From positions 1 to 56,394 of the forward strand of contig QPGO01000321.1 of the NCBI GenBank assembly GCA_008632985.1: DNA of 56,394 nt. Direction: 5' to 3'. Source of the stretch: Psammoneis japonica (taxonomy: Eukaryota). Shown here one piece after another: positions 26,850 through 38,828 of the stretch. The position numbers and the translations under genes are program-made. Positions within the stretch are counted from its first letter, which is position 1, and every line of letters starts with the position of its first letter. The notes beneath the pieces are model-generated. The model saw only the letters and a list, made by a program, of their open reading frames with translations, ran no database searches and had not been told where the DNA came from.

Positions 26850-29800
26850 TCGCATTCTTGTCATGTCCCGCCCTGCTGCTCCTTCTTCTCACTTTCTCTT
26901 GTGGGGGTTGCAGACAAATCTGAGGCAAAGAGAGCACAACAATTTTGCAGCAACAAAGAAACCTTGTTATTCAGAGAGCTGGGTTTGAGGGCGCTGGTCA
27001 TCTCAATGTGTCTCGACCCTTGGCATTTCTGAATCTTAGAATGTTGATGACAGCAAGGGGAGAAGAGCAAAGAGCTCTGGACCAGGCCCTGGTGCATGGT
27101 CAGAAGCAGCAGCAGCAGCAGCTGTGCAATAAAAAAGATTCTGAGAGGGAAGCTGAGCCAGCAACACAAGGAAAACATGCAAAGCTTGTGATCCCCAGAG
27201 TGGGGACAACGCAACAACACAGTGAGAGCAAAAGCACAAGCCAGCCAAGCTTCTGACAAGCACATCACAGAGCCATCTCTTGCAACACTTCTTCAGCCAG
27301 TGAAAAGCATCCACATGGCACTGAGAGCATTCCACATAACAAACCAAAGCCAAAACTCTGTGAAAAACTGATGTGAGAAACTTGATGCCAGCCAAGATGC
27401 AATTGAAAAGAAGTCAGTGGACGAGCCCTTGAAAAATGTCCAGTGTCATCACATGCGCCACAGGAAGCAGCAACAAACTCCTCTGTGCTGCTCTGCAGCA
27501 TCACAACAGGGCTGATGCCCCACTGCTGTTGCTGCCACAGAATCTGACATCAAAAGGGGGCAGAAGCAAAAGACAACAAAAAGGTCCAGCACATCACAGC
27601 GGAATCTCTGTTGGGCTTGGATCATTGCAGATGCAGGCACACACAGTCAAGAGCCCACACAATGATGGCATGTTGGGGACAACAGCAGAGGCTGCCCAAG
27701 TTGTTGAGCCAGCACGCATGTGCCAGCACTGCTCACCAACTGGAAAGAGAACCCCAAGAATGTGACACATGCATGCCAGCACACACCGCAACAACAGCGC
27801 TGTTTAAATGAACATTGATGATGACTGCTCAAACAAGGAGCACATGCATCATCACCTGCTGTGCATGTGGCAAAAAAGGATGCTGTGTGAACTCAAAAGA
27901 ATGCCTGAAGAATGAAAGAAGAGGAGGAGGAACAGCAAATGACAATGAAGATGGGGTGACAAACATTGCAGCCACAGTGGACAAAGGCAAGTTAACAACA
28001 CATGGCTTCTGATGACATTTTTTTTTAAAACCACATGAGGCCAAATCACAGGGTGCGCACACTCAGTGAAGACTTGGTGGATTGCAGGAGTGTGCAGTGC
28101 AAGCAACTGGGGGTGACTGCAAACCAAAATTGCACTGGGCACTGGACAACCAGCCCACACATGTGATGAGCTCTGCTGGGATGGCAAAAAGAAGCTGAGC
28201 AAGCTCTGCAAGTCTCAGAAATGGTTGAAGCCAGCAAGACCAAGGTTGAGTTGTGTTGCACCCTTTCCCAGTCATGGAGAAGCGTGGTGTCAACCATGGC
28301 AGCATTGAGAGTTTGTGACCAACATGAGGGCAATCATTTTGCTTGGCTCTGTCAAGCGCAAATCAAGGCAGAGTGCATGAAGTGTGGTGTGTCAAATCTG
28401 TGAAACCCACATGGATGGACAATTTAAGTTCAAATCTCTGTGATGAGCAGGCCTTGCAAAAATGGGGTGTCAACCTCAGCCAGCAATGTCAGCCAGCAAT
28501 GTTTCACTTGAAGAAAATGTTGCTGAGATTGAGCAGTTTGTGCAAACTGTCAAGGACCAAATCTGGAGCCAATGCACAATTTGCTTCCCTCCAATCACAT
28601 GTGCTGTTGCATCCAGTGTTTGAAGCAGCACTCTCTGGGCAGCATTTTTGGCCAAATTGTTTCTTGACCATGTCCAAGAGAGGAGCATTTTTTGATGATG
28701 AGCACAGCCTCCACAGTGCTGCTGTGTTCTGCTGAACAGAAGCCATGAACCTCACCGCTCACAGCCAATTTGAGTTTAAACAACCCACACAGACACACCC
28801 GCCGGGAACATGACAAAAGGACATGGGAGGGAGAGCACTGGGACAATCCACACAGATCTGCCAGGAACATGTCAAACACAGCACAAAGCCAAGGACATGG
28901 GAGTGGGAGCGCTTTCTGTCAGCCCAGCTGCCAGACACCCAAGGTGGTGCTGCCAAGTCAAGAGCAAGTTCAGTGCACAGTGCATGGAACATGGCAGAGC
29001 CAATGATGACATGAATGAAAGAGCAGCCAAGGAGAACAGACAGATGACAAATGAGGAAAGTGCAGCAGCACATGTGGTGAGAGAAAGCAGCACAAAACCC
29101 TGCATCCACCTCAATGTGACCTGCACATGCTGCTGGACATGGGCCACTCACAGCACAACCCAGTGTGATGCCAGGGGCCACTGTGGCTGTCATGGAAAGG
29201 TGCAGCAACCAAGGAAATGGAGCAACTCCTCAAATGTGTGGATGTGCTTGATCCACAACACCAGGGAGAGATGGCACAAGGAAACAACACCACAGTTTGC
29301 CAAAGATGTTTTTGAAACTGCTGAGGTGTGTCAAGGGTGCATCAAAGAACATGGGTGTGTTGGCAATGCTGGAAGACCTGGGTGCAAACACACCCAGACA
29401 AGGGTGCTTCAGTCCCTTCAGCCTGTGGTGAGCAGGTGTCCCACTGCCATGCATGGTCGGCACAACCAGGGGAGAGATTTGTCTTGACAGCACACTTGCC
29501 AGTTAGCTTTTTTTTGTGCAAAATGTGTGCAAGAATGAAACATGGATGCACAACAAGCTTGAAGGTGTGATGGTCAATGTGCACCCAAAATTGACCACAA
29601 GAAATGCTGAAAACTTGTGAGGTGCAAAAACAGCAAGAAATGGCATTTTGATGATTTCAAAATGGTGCTCCAAGTGTGGACTTGAGTGCTGCCCATGACA
29701 AATGTCATCAAAGACCTCAACAAGGAGAACACACTGCACAACAAGTTTTCAGAGCGAACAGCCATTCATGGCAACATGCATGGGCACTTGGGCATGACTG

Positions 29801-29850
29801 TCAAAACTGCAGCAGGAAAGGAAAAGTGAAGTCAACAAGCCTTCGAACCG
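26850..29850. mobile_element. TpA/CpG-depleted block 2: decayed element, family not identified
   Basis: About 10 TA in 3 kb; zinc-knuckle-like CCACGKKGCCVNSKEC at ~27855-27905. Confidence 0.65.
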
Positions 29851-30245
29851 AGTGCTCTTTGGAGTCCCCGAGTGATTCATGTTGGATCGGTCGTTCTTTC
29901 TATTACACAGCCGCACACGTCACTCTCTGTGTCTCTATCATGGGGAATTACTCTCAAGTAATTACTACATTTTTCGAGTATGGTTTTAGTCCTTTTGTCG
30001 TTGTTTGCCGGACGGGTTCTTTCTTCAGTGTGCTGTTACCTATACGATGGCGACGCGATTAACAGCATTCGGTGGCCTACGGCTCGCGAGGCGAGTCCAC
30101 GCGACGACACAGAGGATCGCGGGTGAAGCGCTGCAGCGTGGATTTGTTATCCGGAAAGTCGTCTCTCCGTGGTATTCTCCGCCATATAGCTCCACAGAAA
30201 ACGATGAACGCCGTCGATCTTTTCATTCGATTTGCAGCAATAATC

Positions 30246-31115
30246 TCAAAACGGGGAAGGAATCCGAGCTTCCACAAGCACTCTGTCCACGTATACTTTC
30301 AGGTTTCTAGCGTGTAAACATAGACGGGGTGTCGCGGTCGCGAGTTGCTCTGGCGCATGGAGGGTATCACCGAGGAGAGGGTGTCCGATTGCCTTCATGT
30401 GCAAACGCAGCTGTTGACCACGCCCGGTAAGGGGACACAACTGCACCCGGGTGTAGCAGAATCCATCCTGCAGTTGCAAACGTGCCAGCACTCTCCATTC
30501 TGTCTGAGCCTCACGTGGCTTGGTACCACCAATGACCCATCGATTATATCCTTCGTCCGTCATGGTTTTGCCAATTGGCAAATCGACCACCCCTTGTTCT
30601 TCAATAATGTGGCCTCCTACCAAAGCCGTGTAGATTTTTGTTGTCCGTCGTTTCTCGAATTGTTGGGAAATCTCACGATGAATCTTTGCATTGAGCGCAA
30701 TGGCCAGGACTCCTGAAGTGTCTCGATCCAAGCGATGGCACACCTTAGCCTCTGAATACTCTTCTTGCACTCGAGATATTAAGCAGTCAGGTTGCTCACG
30801 ACCGGGGACTGTAAGCAGCCCCGATGCTTTGTGCACGAAAAGAATCCCTCCCGGTACATCTGATGATGCTCTATCTAGAGTGCATGGTTCTATTCTTTCC
30901 CATTTTTCCGATAGAATCGGCTCGCGATATTTGCCAGGTTGTATCTTATGAAGGGCATCGTTGTGATACACGTATCCTGCCTCCAAGCAGCGTCGAAACG
31001 TCGGTCCGTTTACTTTGATGCCTCTCTTGGTCTCTGGATTAATGACGCTGGTCGGCTCGAGGGACAACGATAAGGTAAAAAGGAGCAAGAGAGCCACAAC
31101 TCTTAGCATCATCAT
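30246..31115 (-). CDS. RluA-family RNA pseudouridine synthase with N-terminal signal peptide
   Basis: VHKASGLLTVPG, VCHRLDRDTSGVL (catalytic Asp), KIYTALV, PLTGRGQQLRLHM, GHPLLGD, RLCLHA; MMMLRVVALLLLFTLSLS leader. Confidence 0.92.
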   Translation of the reverse strand: MMMLRVVALLLLFTLSLSLEPTSVINPETKRGIKVNGPTFRRCLEAGYVYHNDALHKIQPGKYREPILSEKWERIEPCTLDRASSDVPGGILFVHKASGLLTVPGREQPDCLISRVQEEYSEAKVCHRLDRDTSGVLAIALNAKIHREISQQFEKRRTTKIYTALVGGHIIEEQGVVDLPIGKTMTDEGYNRWVIGGTKPREAQTEWRVLARLQLQDGFCYTRVQLCPLTGRGQQLRLHMKAIGHPLLGDTLHAPEQLATATPRLCLHARNLKVYVDRVLVEARIPSPF

Positions 31116-31350
31116 GGTCCCAACGCGATCATTCCGGTACACAAGACAATAGAAACAACAAGAGCAGTGTCCGTCGCCATTATTCATATTCGTTGTCTTG
31201 GCCTTTGGCCTCATATTTTTTTCGGTCGCACAAAGGGACTAGTCAGTCACGAGTGAGCGCTCACATTTTAGTTGAACGCGCACACGCACTGGCTCACAAC
31301 ACATTTTCTTCTGCTGCGGAACCCAACCTCCACAAAAGCAAGGGCACCAG

Positions 31351-32620
31351 CTACCACAGCATGCCACACATGTCATCTACGAGTGGAACATCGACACTCT
31401 TGGGTGACAGTTGCATTAGAGAGATGAAGATCGTAACATCCTCATTGGACCTTTCGACACACTCTCCAACGTTGAGGGAGTCGGCGCGCGTTGGACGCGG
31501 TCGAACTTTGTTTTGCTCTTCTGTTCTCCACAACTCCCGCAGTCCCAACAAGAGCCACAAGACAAGATTTGGTGGTCTCGTTGCCTGGGGAGTTGTGACT
31601 AGAGTCAGGCCACAGGTCTCTGGGTTGTCAAAAAATGAGATGATCTGCTCATCGGTGCAGCGCAGGGAAAAGTGCGCCAAGACCTGAGCTTGAGACAACG
31701 GCGACTGCTTTACAAATGGTGCAAGACCACCCCAGCAAACGTGTCCTTGGCACTTGGCTTCATTGCAAAACTCGTCTTCTAGGCATGTGCATTCAATCAC
31801 AATGACGGGACAAGAAAGGATGAGGCAGGAGCTTGCCACGTCCGGGTGCAATGCTTTGACGGTCGCGTCCAACACGAAACAAAACCTCGACTGCTCTTCC
31901 ACTTGATGCCACACATGGACATCATCTTGACCCCTTTTTTGGGTGGCTTGAATGTTGGCTGCCATTTCCTTTTTGGTTTTGTCCACCAAATGAGGAGCCA
32001 GCTTTTTGGTTTGCATCGGCGGTGTCGCTGGCCAACATCCAACGGAAGAACACATGCCATGAAAGAGCTGTGATGCTCACATCCACAACAGTGTTTGCAT
32101 CTTTTTGTTGACCATTGCATCCCATGAAATGTGCGGCACCAAGCCATGCCAGATGCGGTTGGCTGGATCGGCCAACTCCACAGCGGTGATGTTGCATTCG
32201 ATGCAGTGCAAGCGATCATCTTCTGGAGGGCCTTTGCACTGCTCAGGTGGACTCAATTCTCCTTCCTCTTGTTTGTCAACTTTGACAGAAAAGGTCAGTT
32301 GGGTGCACTGCCAAAGCCTGTGCAAGATGCTGTCTGGGGCCCCAATGTGCACCTGTTGTCCCTTTTGCTGATGGCACAGCAACATGGGCAGGGGGCATGC
32401 ATGTGATCAACATGGCTGTGGGTGATCAAAATGGCCGCCAGTCGCACTCCTGGTCCATCTGTTGGAAGGTCAATTCTGGCATCCACAATGACTCAGAGTG
32501 GGGGCATCTAAAAGCCTGTCTGTTTGAGGGATCAAGAGTGACCGGTGACGGTCCAATCCATGCCAGGAATTTTCCATGAATGGACAAAACATTGGGCCTG
32601 TGGCAAACCACTGGAGGCAA
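31351..32620 (-). pseudogene. Metallo-beta-lactamase-fold RNase Z-like pseudogene
   Basis: WTVTGHS*SLKQTGF*MPPL*VIVDARID, ILITHSHVDH, PVIVIECTCL, GHVCWGGL, VLAHFSLRC. Stops, frameshifts and apparent Y->C/H changes. Confidence 0.75.
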
Positions 32621-32788
32621 AAACGCTCATGGTGTTGTCAAGCAAAAGATGGAGGAAAGATGTGTCAGTGTGTGTGAGCATGAGGTGAAAGACACAAGGG
32701 CGCACTGTGTGTTTGGCTTTTTGAAAAAAAATGGCAGACACCCACGTCCCAACAAGAGGAAGACATTCGAGACGTCATGTTTTTTCTG

Positions 32789-32966
32789 CAGTGGCGGTCT
32801 GTCTGTGCAGTGATTTCTGTGCACATTTTGTGCTTTCATCCGTCCCTGCCACCTCCAGCCCAATCCAGTTGGAGTCAGGTTGGTCGGGTTCAGGCTGGAG
32901 GTGGTGTGGATGGACAAAAGTGCAAAACATGTGTGCAGAAATCACTGCACAGACAGACTGCCACTG
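32789..32966. mobile_element. 178-bp MITE with ~72-bp terminal inverted repeats, Tc1/mariner-like ends
   Basis: Arms 32789-32860 and 32893-32966 begin CAGTGGC and end GCCACTG. Flanks are TG and CG, compatible with a mutated TA target duplication. Confidence 0.75.
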
Positions 32967-35018
32967 CGATTCTTGCTGCAAGTGGTGACACCCAGAGCAG
33001 AAGGCACAGGAACTCTTGCAAGCTGCCGGATTGGTCATGGAATGGGTGGTCAAAATCCATTTTTTGCAAAAGAAGGAGAAGAATGACACCAAACAGGAAG
33101 AAGAAGATGGCAACCAAGAAGACGCGACTCAAGCAAGAGAAGATGATGACAATGATGATGAAGATTGTGAGTGTGAAGAAGAAGACCACAAACCAAAGGC
33201 AGCAACAAAAGAAAAGTCAAAGGCAACATCTGAAATCCAAACCCCATGTGCAATTTTGACTGGATGCAGGCATGCAAGTTGTTAGAGGCTGCAAGTGGAT
33301 CTGTCAAACAAGAGCCATTGACTTGCACTTGTCTGGCAAAGGTGACAATGATGGAGTTCAAGAACTTTTAACACCACCCAAAAAGAGCAGTCACAGGGCC
33401 ATGAAAGCACCACCTTTGATGGGAACAAAATGACAGTCGACACTCAATGCGTGGATGGGCATTCAAACACCCAAAACAAAGGGGCTAAAACAACAAAAAA
33501 TGGACTTGCATGTCACAAAATCAACAGCCAAAAAGGCTCCCATTGGTGCCAGTGCTTCGACTTTGAAAAGCACCGACCTGATGCAGAATTCAATGGCGGA
33601 AAATCCAATCTGCCTTGATGATGATGACGAGGGAGACAGGACTGCACAGGATCAGAAATCACATGATCAAAGCAAAATGAACAATCCAATCAACAGACTG
33701 ATTCTCAAAAGGAATGCCCTGAAATTGAAGCTGATTTCTGTGCCAAGAAGGCAGCAAGAACAGAAAAAGTAGAGTGCTTGTTTGCTGTGATGATTGTAAA
33801 GGCACCACCGGCTGGCCGGCCTGCAAAAGAAATGAACAATGGGACGGTGGCCGTGGACAAGAAATCCTCACAACCATCTTGTGGTGGCAGCAACAAAGAA
33901 CCAAAACCAAGCCACCAGGAGAATGCACTGCCACACAACCCACTCGCAGATGCCTTTGCAGACACAGCTTCGACTGCAAAAAGTGACGTCAAGTTGGAGC
34001 TTCTCCAAAACATCTTCAAGCATGTCACATCACATTTGTTGGAGGAGTGCACATGGACAAGGCAAGAGATGATGACATGTGGATGCTGCTCATGCAGGTG
34101 ATCAACTTGATCCTGGGAAAGCTTTCTGTCATGAGCAACATGACAAAAGGAAACGCAATGCTGCAGGTCAGCTGGTCGTTGGTGTCACAGGCAATCCAGA
34201 CAGTTGCTGATGTTTCAGGTGCCAGGATGAGAGAGGAATGTCATCATTTGGGAGATGCAGGCAATGTTGCCATGGCATTTTTCCATGGAACTTCCATTGA
34301 GTTGTGCTTTGTTGGATCAACCCAAACATGTGGCCTCAACATTTGAGAAGCACACAATTTCATTCAGAAGATTGCTGCTGTTCCGGCCAGTGCAGGGAGC
34401 AGTGCCACATGTCAAAATCTTCTCGTGAGGTGGTTGCACCACTGCAAGGACAAGAACAAGATGCAATTTCTCATAAGAACTCTGCTTGGGAATGTGTGGA
34501 TTGGAGCTGCACTGACATCTGTGATCAAGGTGCTTGCAAAAAGTGTGTTTTCTTCATGTGTGGGTCTGCAAATCACTCAAGCAGCAGTGAGCAAGCTCCA
34601 GTGGTCAGAGCTGTGGACTGTGCAAGCACCCAGCCACCTGCTTGACATTGGCAGCAAGAACCTTGAACCCCCAAGTGTGGAAGAAGGCAGAGCAATCACA
34701 TCCAACACCACAAAGTTGTTTTTTCCATCAGTGCGGACCCACCACCAGCCAGACTTGCAAACATCGATCTCGTTTTTGTGCTTGACCCCAGGCATTGACA
34801 ATCTCAAGAAGTTGGCATGCTGGTTGCACGGCATCTGTGAGTGACTTGAGACCTGTCACTCACCATTGGTGTTGATGAGTTGGACATCATTGTCAAAAAT
34901 GATGGATTGGCCGCGTGCTTCATGTGCCTGCACAAGGAGATGAGGGGCCACAACGGCAGTGCTGTGGCCGTGCACAGCCTTGGAGGAGGTGAGCCAACTG
35001 TTGCCACTCACTCAAAAG

Positions 35019-37506
35019 CAAATGTGAGCACTGCCAGGAGCTCAGCTTGGGGGTGGTCTGGTGGGCTGGCAAGAGCTTCCGGCAGCGTGCCCCACCACCT
35101 GCCTGGAAACTGGTGTGTGGTCGACGACGTGCGACATCACAGGATTGAGGTGGAGCATGAGGCCCACATTGAGGAGGATGCAAGCAGAGCTGAAGTGAAG
35201 ACTGTGGCCAAAGAGAGTGCGGCATTGAAGATGAGAGAACCAAAGCCAGGGCGGGGGGGGGGGGGGGGGGCATGTGGCAGCCCCAAGGCAAGACATCACA
35301 GTCCCCAGCAGCAAGGTTGTTGCAGGAAAGCAATGAAAAACGTGAATGAAAACAGCTCATTCTAAAATGAAAATCTATCCGACAAGTCCCTCAGGATGCC
35401 CAGCAGTTGCATCTCTAGCTGCGGCAGAATGGCAGGAGATCCTTGATGATGTGACAAACTCTAAAAGACTGGAAGTTGCTGCATCATTAGAATCATTTTT
35501 CTTCATTCGAACGGGTCATGGGCTCAGGTCTACACTGTTACTTCAATGTCTCGCATCTGTCGCGGGGGCATCTCAGCGTTGTCTTCTGTCTTCTCCATTG
35601 GCGGCAAGAAGACTCTGTGTGGCTGGTGATCTTGATTCTGAATCCCTTGAGCTGCGCACATTCCAGAAAACAATGTCAACGAGAAAGTGGGGAAAGAAAA
35701 AGAAAAAGCCGCCTCCTGGCTTTGAAGTGATCGAACCTGTGCTTGAGGCTCTTGAGAATGAAATGCGTGACAAGGTGAAGGAAAGTGACGCAGGGAAACG
35801 AAAAACAGAAAGTCCATGGCCGGTGCATCAGATAAATTGGCAGCGAACTCGATGTGTGCATGAGATGCATTGAGCCTGCAACTGCACAAGCAAACAGGTG
35901 TGCGATTTCTGCACTCAACAAGGACTCGTGGATGCACCGCTGATTGCCAAATGGAAAAAGCCAGGTTGTGAACGACTCTGTTCCACACATGTCATCAATC
36001 CAGCTAATTGCAAGTTTGGCACCACATCCATCTGTTGCACCCCAATTGAGGATAGAAGCGACGCTGCCAAAACAGCACAGGATCCAACGGTAAGTTCTTT
36101 CACGCCTTTGCTGTGAGGTCTCTGCTTGTGGTGTCGTCGGCATCTTGGCCATTCAACAGTTTTTGCGATGCAATTTTTTGCGCCTTTCTTCTGGTTTTTT
36201 TCTGTTTTGCTTGGAAAAAAGACCGGGTGCAGAGGCTGCACTTCAGGCAAGGATGCTGGCCCAAATGTGAGCACTGCCAGGAGCTCAGCTTGGGGGTGGT
36301 CTGGTGGGCTGGCAAGAGCTTCCGGCAGCGTGCCACACCACCTGCCTGGAAACTGGTGTGTGGTCGACGACGTGCGACATCACAGGATTGAGGTGGAGCA
36401 TGAGGCCCACATTGAGGAGGATGCAAGCAGAGCTGAAGTGAAGACTGTGACCAAAGAGAGTGTGGCATTGAAGATGAGAGAACCAAAGCCAGGGCGGGGG
36501 GGGGGGGGGGGCATGTGGCAGCCCAAGGCAAGACATCACAGTCCCCAGCAGCAAGGTTGTTGCAGGAAAGCAATGAAAAACGTGAATGAAAACAGCTCAT
36601 TCTAAAATGAAAATCTATCCGACAAGTCCCTCAGGATGCCCAGCAGTTGCATCTCTAGCTGCGGTAGAATGGCAGGAGATCCTTGATGATGTGACAAACT
36701 CTAAAAGACTGGAAGTTGCTGCATCATCAGAATCATTTTTCTTCATTCGAACGGGTCATGGGCTTAGGTCTACACTGTTACTTCAATATCTCGCATCTAT
36801 CGCGGGGGCATCTCGGCGTTGTCTTCTGTCTTCTCCATTAGCGGCAAGAAGACTCTGTGTGGCTAGTGATCTTGATTCTGAATCCCTTGAGCTACGTACA
36901 TTCCAGAAAACAATGTCAACGAGAAAGTGGGGAAAGAAAAAGAAAAAGCCGCCTCCTGGCTTCGAAGTGATCGAACCTGTGCTTGAGGCTCTTGAGAACG
37001 AAATGCGTGACAAGGTAAAGGAAAGTAACGCAGGGAAACGAAAAACAGAAAGTCTATGGCCGGTGCATCAGATAAATTGGCAGCGAACTCGATATGTGTA
37101 TGAGATGTATTATACCTACAACCGCATAAGCAAACAGGTGTACGATTTCTGTATTCAACAAGGACTCGTGGATGCACCGCTGATTGCCAAATGGAAAAAG
37201 CCAGGTTATGAACGACTCTGTTCCACATATGTCATCAATCCAGCTAATTACAAGTTTGGTACCACATCTATCTGTCGCGTCCCAATTAAGGATAGAAGCG
37301 ACGCTGCCAAAACAGCACAGGATCCAACGGTAAGTTCTTTCACGCCTTTGCTGTGAGGTCTCTGCTTGTGGTGTCGTCGGTATCTTGGCCATTCAACAGT
37401 TTTTGCGATGCAATTTTTTGCGCCTTTCTTCTGGCTTTTTTTCTGTTTTACTTGGAAAAAAGACCGGGTGCAGAGGCTGCGCTTCAGGCAAGGATGCTGG
37501 CCCAAA
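35019..37506 (+). repeat. ~1.24-kb tandem duplication (35019-36265 / 36262-37506) with CAAA microhomology at the junction
   Basis: Direct alignment at offset 1240-1243. Confidence 0.97.
35673..36265 (+). pseudogene. BUD31: BUD31 pseudogene (truncated, hypermutated upstream copy)
   Basis: QRTRCVHEMH* versus QRTRYVYEMYY in the intact copy. TGA at 35871-35873; truncated in exon 2. Confidence 0.95.
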
Positions 37507-37909
37507 GAACATCTTTGGCAATAAATATGGACAGAGCCTTGCAGCTGTTCAAATTGCGAGAGAGAAACGTATAGAAGCACAACGAGTAAGTGTTCATAAT
37601 TCAAAGGACATGACGATGAGCAAAATGCGCAAGCACTTCTGTTGACACCATTCCTTGCCTATTCGTTGACCACAGGAGCGGCGTGAAGAACAAGAGAGGC
37701 TCGAGGAAGAAAGGAGGAGACAAGAGGCGGAGGCTCACAATGATGATGCGGGAGATAGCGAGACTGACGAGGAAACGGATGATGAAGACTATGGGCCGAC
37801 ACCGGCTGCCGGGGTTTGGGCGGGAAGCAAGAAGTTGCAAGATGAGAGCGAGAGGATGGGAGAGGACGAAACAGACGAACCTCCGCAGAAGAAAATCCGT
37901 TCAGACTAA
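36913..37909 (+). CDS. BUD31: BUD31/G10 splicing factor with acidic C-terminal extension (exons 36913-37329, 37463-37585, 37676-37909; 257 aa)
   Basis: KPPPGFEVIEPVL, RKTESLWPVHQINWQRTRYVY, LIAKWKKPGYERLC, FGTTSICRVP, GCRGCAS; two in-frame GT-AG introns. Confidence 0.93.
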
Positions 37910-38058
37910 CAGCAGCTGTAGAAATGCTTTTTCTCTCTTTTGCACATGGAATTTCTTTGCACGGTGCGAAAGGAGCAGTTTCGACACGTGTACAGTCGAA
38001 TTTTGGTAGGGACTAAGAATTCTTAACAGACAAATAATAGTTTCGGAGAATGTATTTC

Positions 38059-38828
38059 TCAATCTTTCTTCGCCACGTCTTCATCGCAAGTGCTTGTATT
38101 TGATGCCTTTCTGTGCAATGCTGAGTCCACCCATTTGAAACAGAAGGGGATCACGAGGTAGAAAAGAGCGGTCGAAACCAGCGTGACAGGCAAAGCGTCG
38201 AGCATGGATTCAGGGATAACGTTTAGCAACGATTGAAGAAACGAAGGTGCGTATGCCTCCCAAACCTTTCTTTCGAAGGCAATGATGGCATCATCGACTC
38301 CGACTATCCTGAGAAAGTCGAGGAAGCCCCTAATTATGTACGGAACAGCCAAAATAAGAATAGTGTAGTACAGAATGATCCGCGAAGTAAGCTCTGAGAA
38401 AAGAATCACAATAATGTGGACAAACTCGTCTTCGTCGATTCCGCCGGAATTGTCATCATCAGTGGCATCAAACAGCTGGCCAACAACTTCACGAGATGGA
38501 GGCTTCACACAAAAAATACACGAAAGTTTGTACCTTCGTTAGTCAATCGAGTTTCTACGCAACATGAAACTAAATCGCAAGACGCACTCACATAGCAGGC
38601 AGCCGGCCCAGCATACGCCGCCAACTTGAGATGGACCAAGAGTAGACCGGCATATAATTCTGTCTTGTTGATCGCTCCCGTTTTGTTGTTGTCGCAGACC
38701 TTGAATGCCCAGGTGCAAAGACTCTTGAAAGCGCGAGTTCTCATCCAAAAAGGCGCTGGACGGTTTTTTTTCTTGTCAGCAGTAGGTCCTTGACCGGATG
38801 CGGTACGTGGTATCGTCGCTTCCACCAT
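38059..38828 (-). CDS. EF-hand protein with C-terminal transmembrane helices; intron 38503-38591
   Basis: FKVCDNNKTGAINKTEL and FDATDDDNSGGIDEDEF loops; the splice restores ACY/PPSRE. Confidence 0.85.

Larger units (their letters stand above)
31800..36590. other. TpA/CpG-depleted block 3 (RNase Z-like remnant, MITE, unidentified remnant, dead BUD31 copy)
   Basis: Very few TA except around 35361-35550; graded left edge at 31250-31800. Confidence 0.8.

Noticed and set aside
30047..30310. Short + ORF beginning MATRLTAFGGLRLARR (transit-peptide-like)
   Set aside because: Short, overlaps the RluA 3' end and has no recognisable domain or downstream exon.
36586..36912. 109-aa N-terminal extension of BUD31 in the ORF track
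   Set aside because: Non-ATG start; homology begins at ATG 36913; likely promoter/UTR.
37330..37462. Intronic snoRNA in the longer BUD31 intron
   Set aside because: No convincing C/D or H/ACA box arrangement seen.
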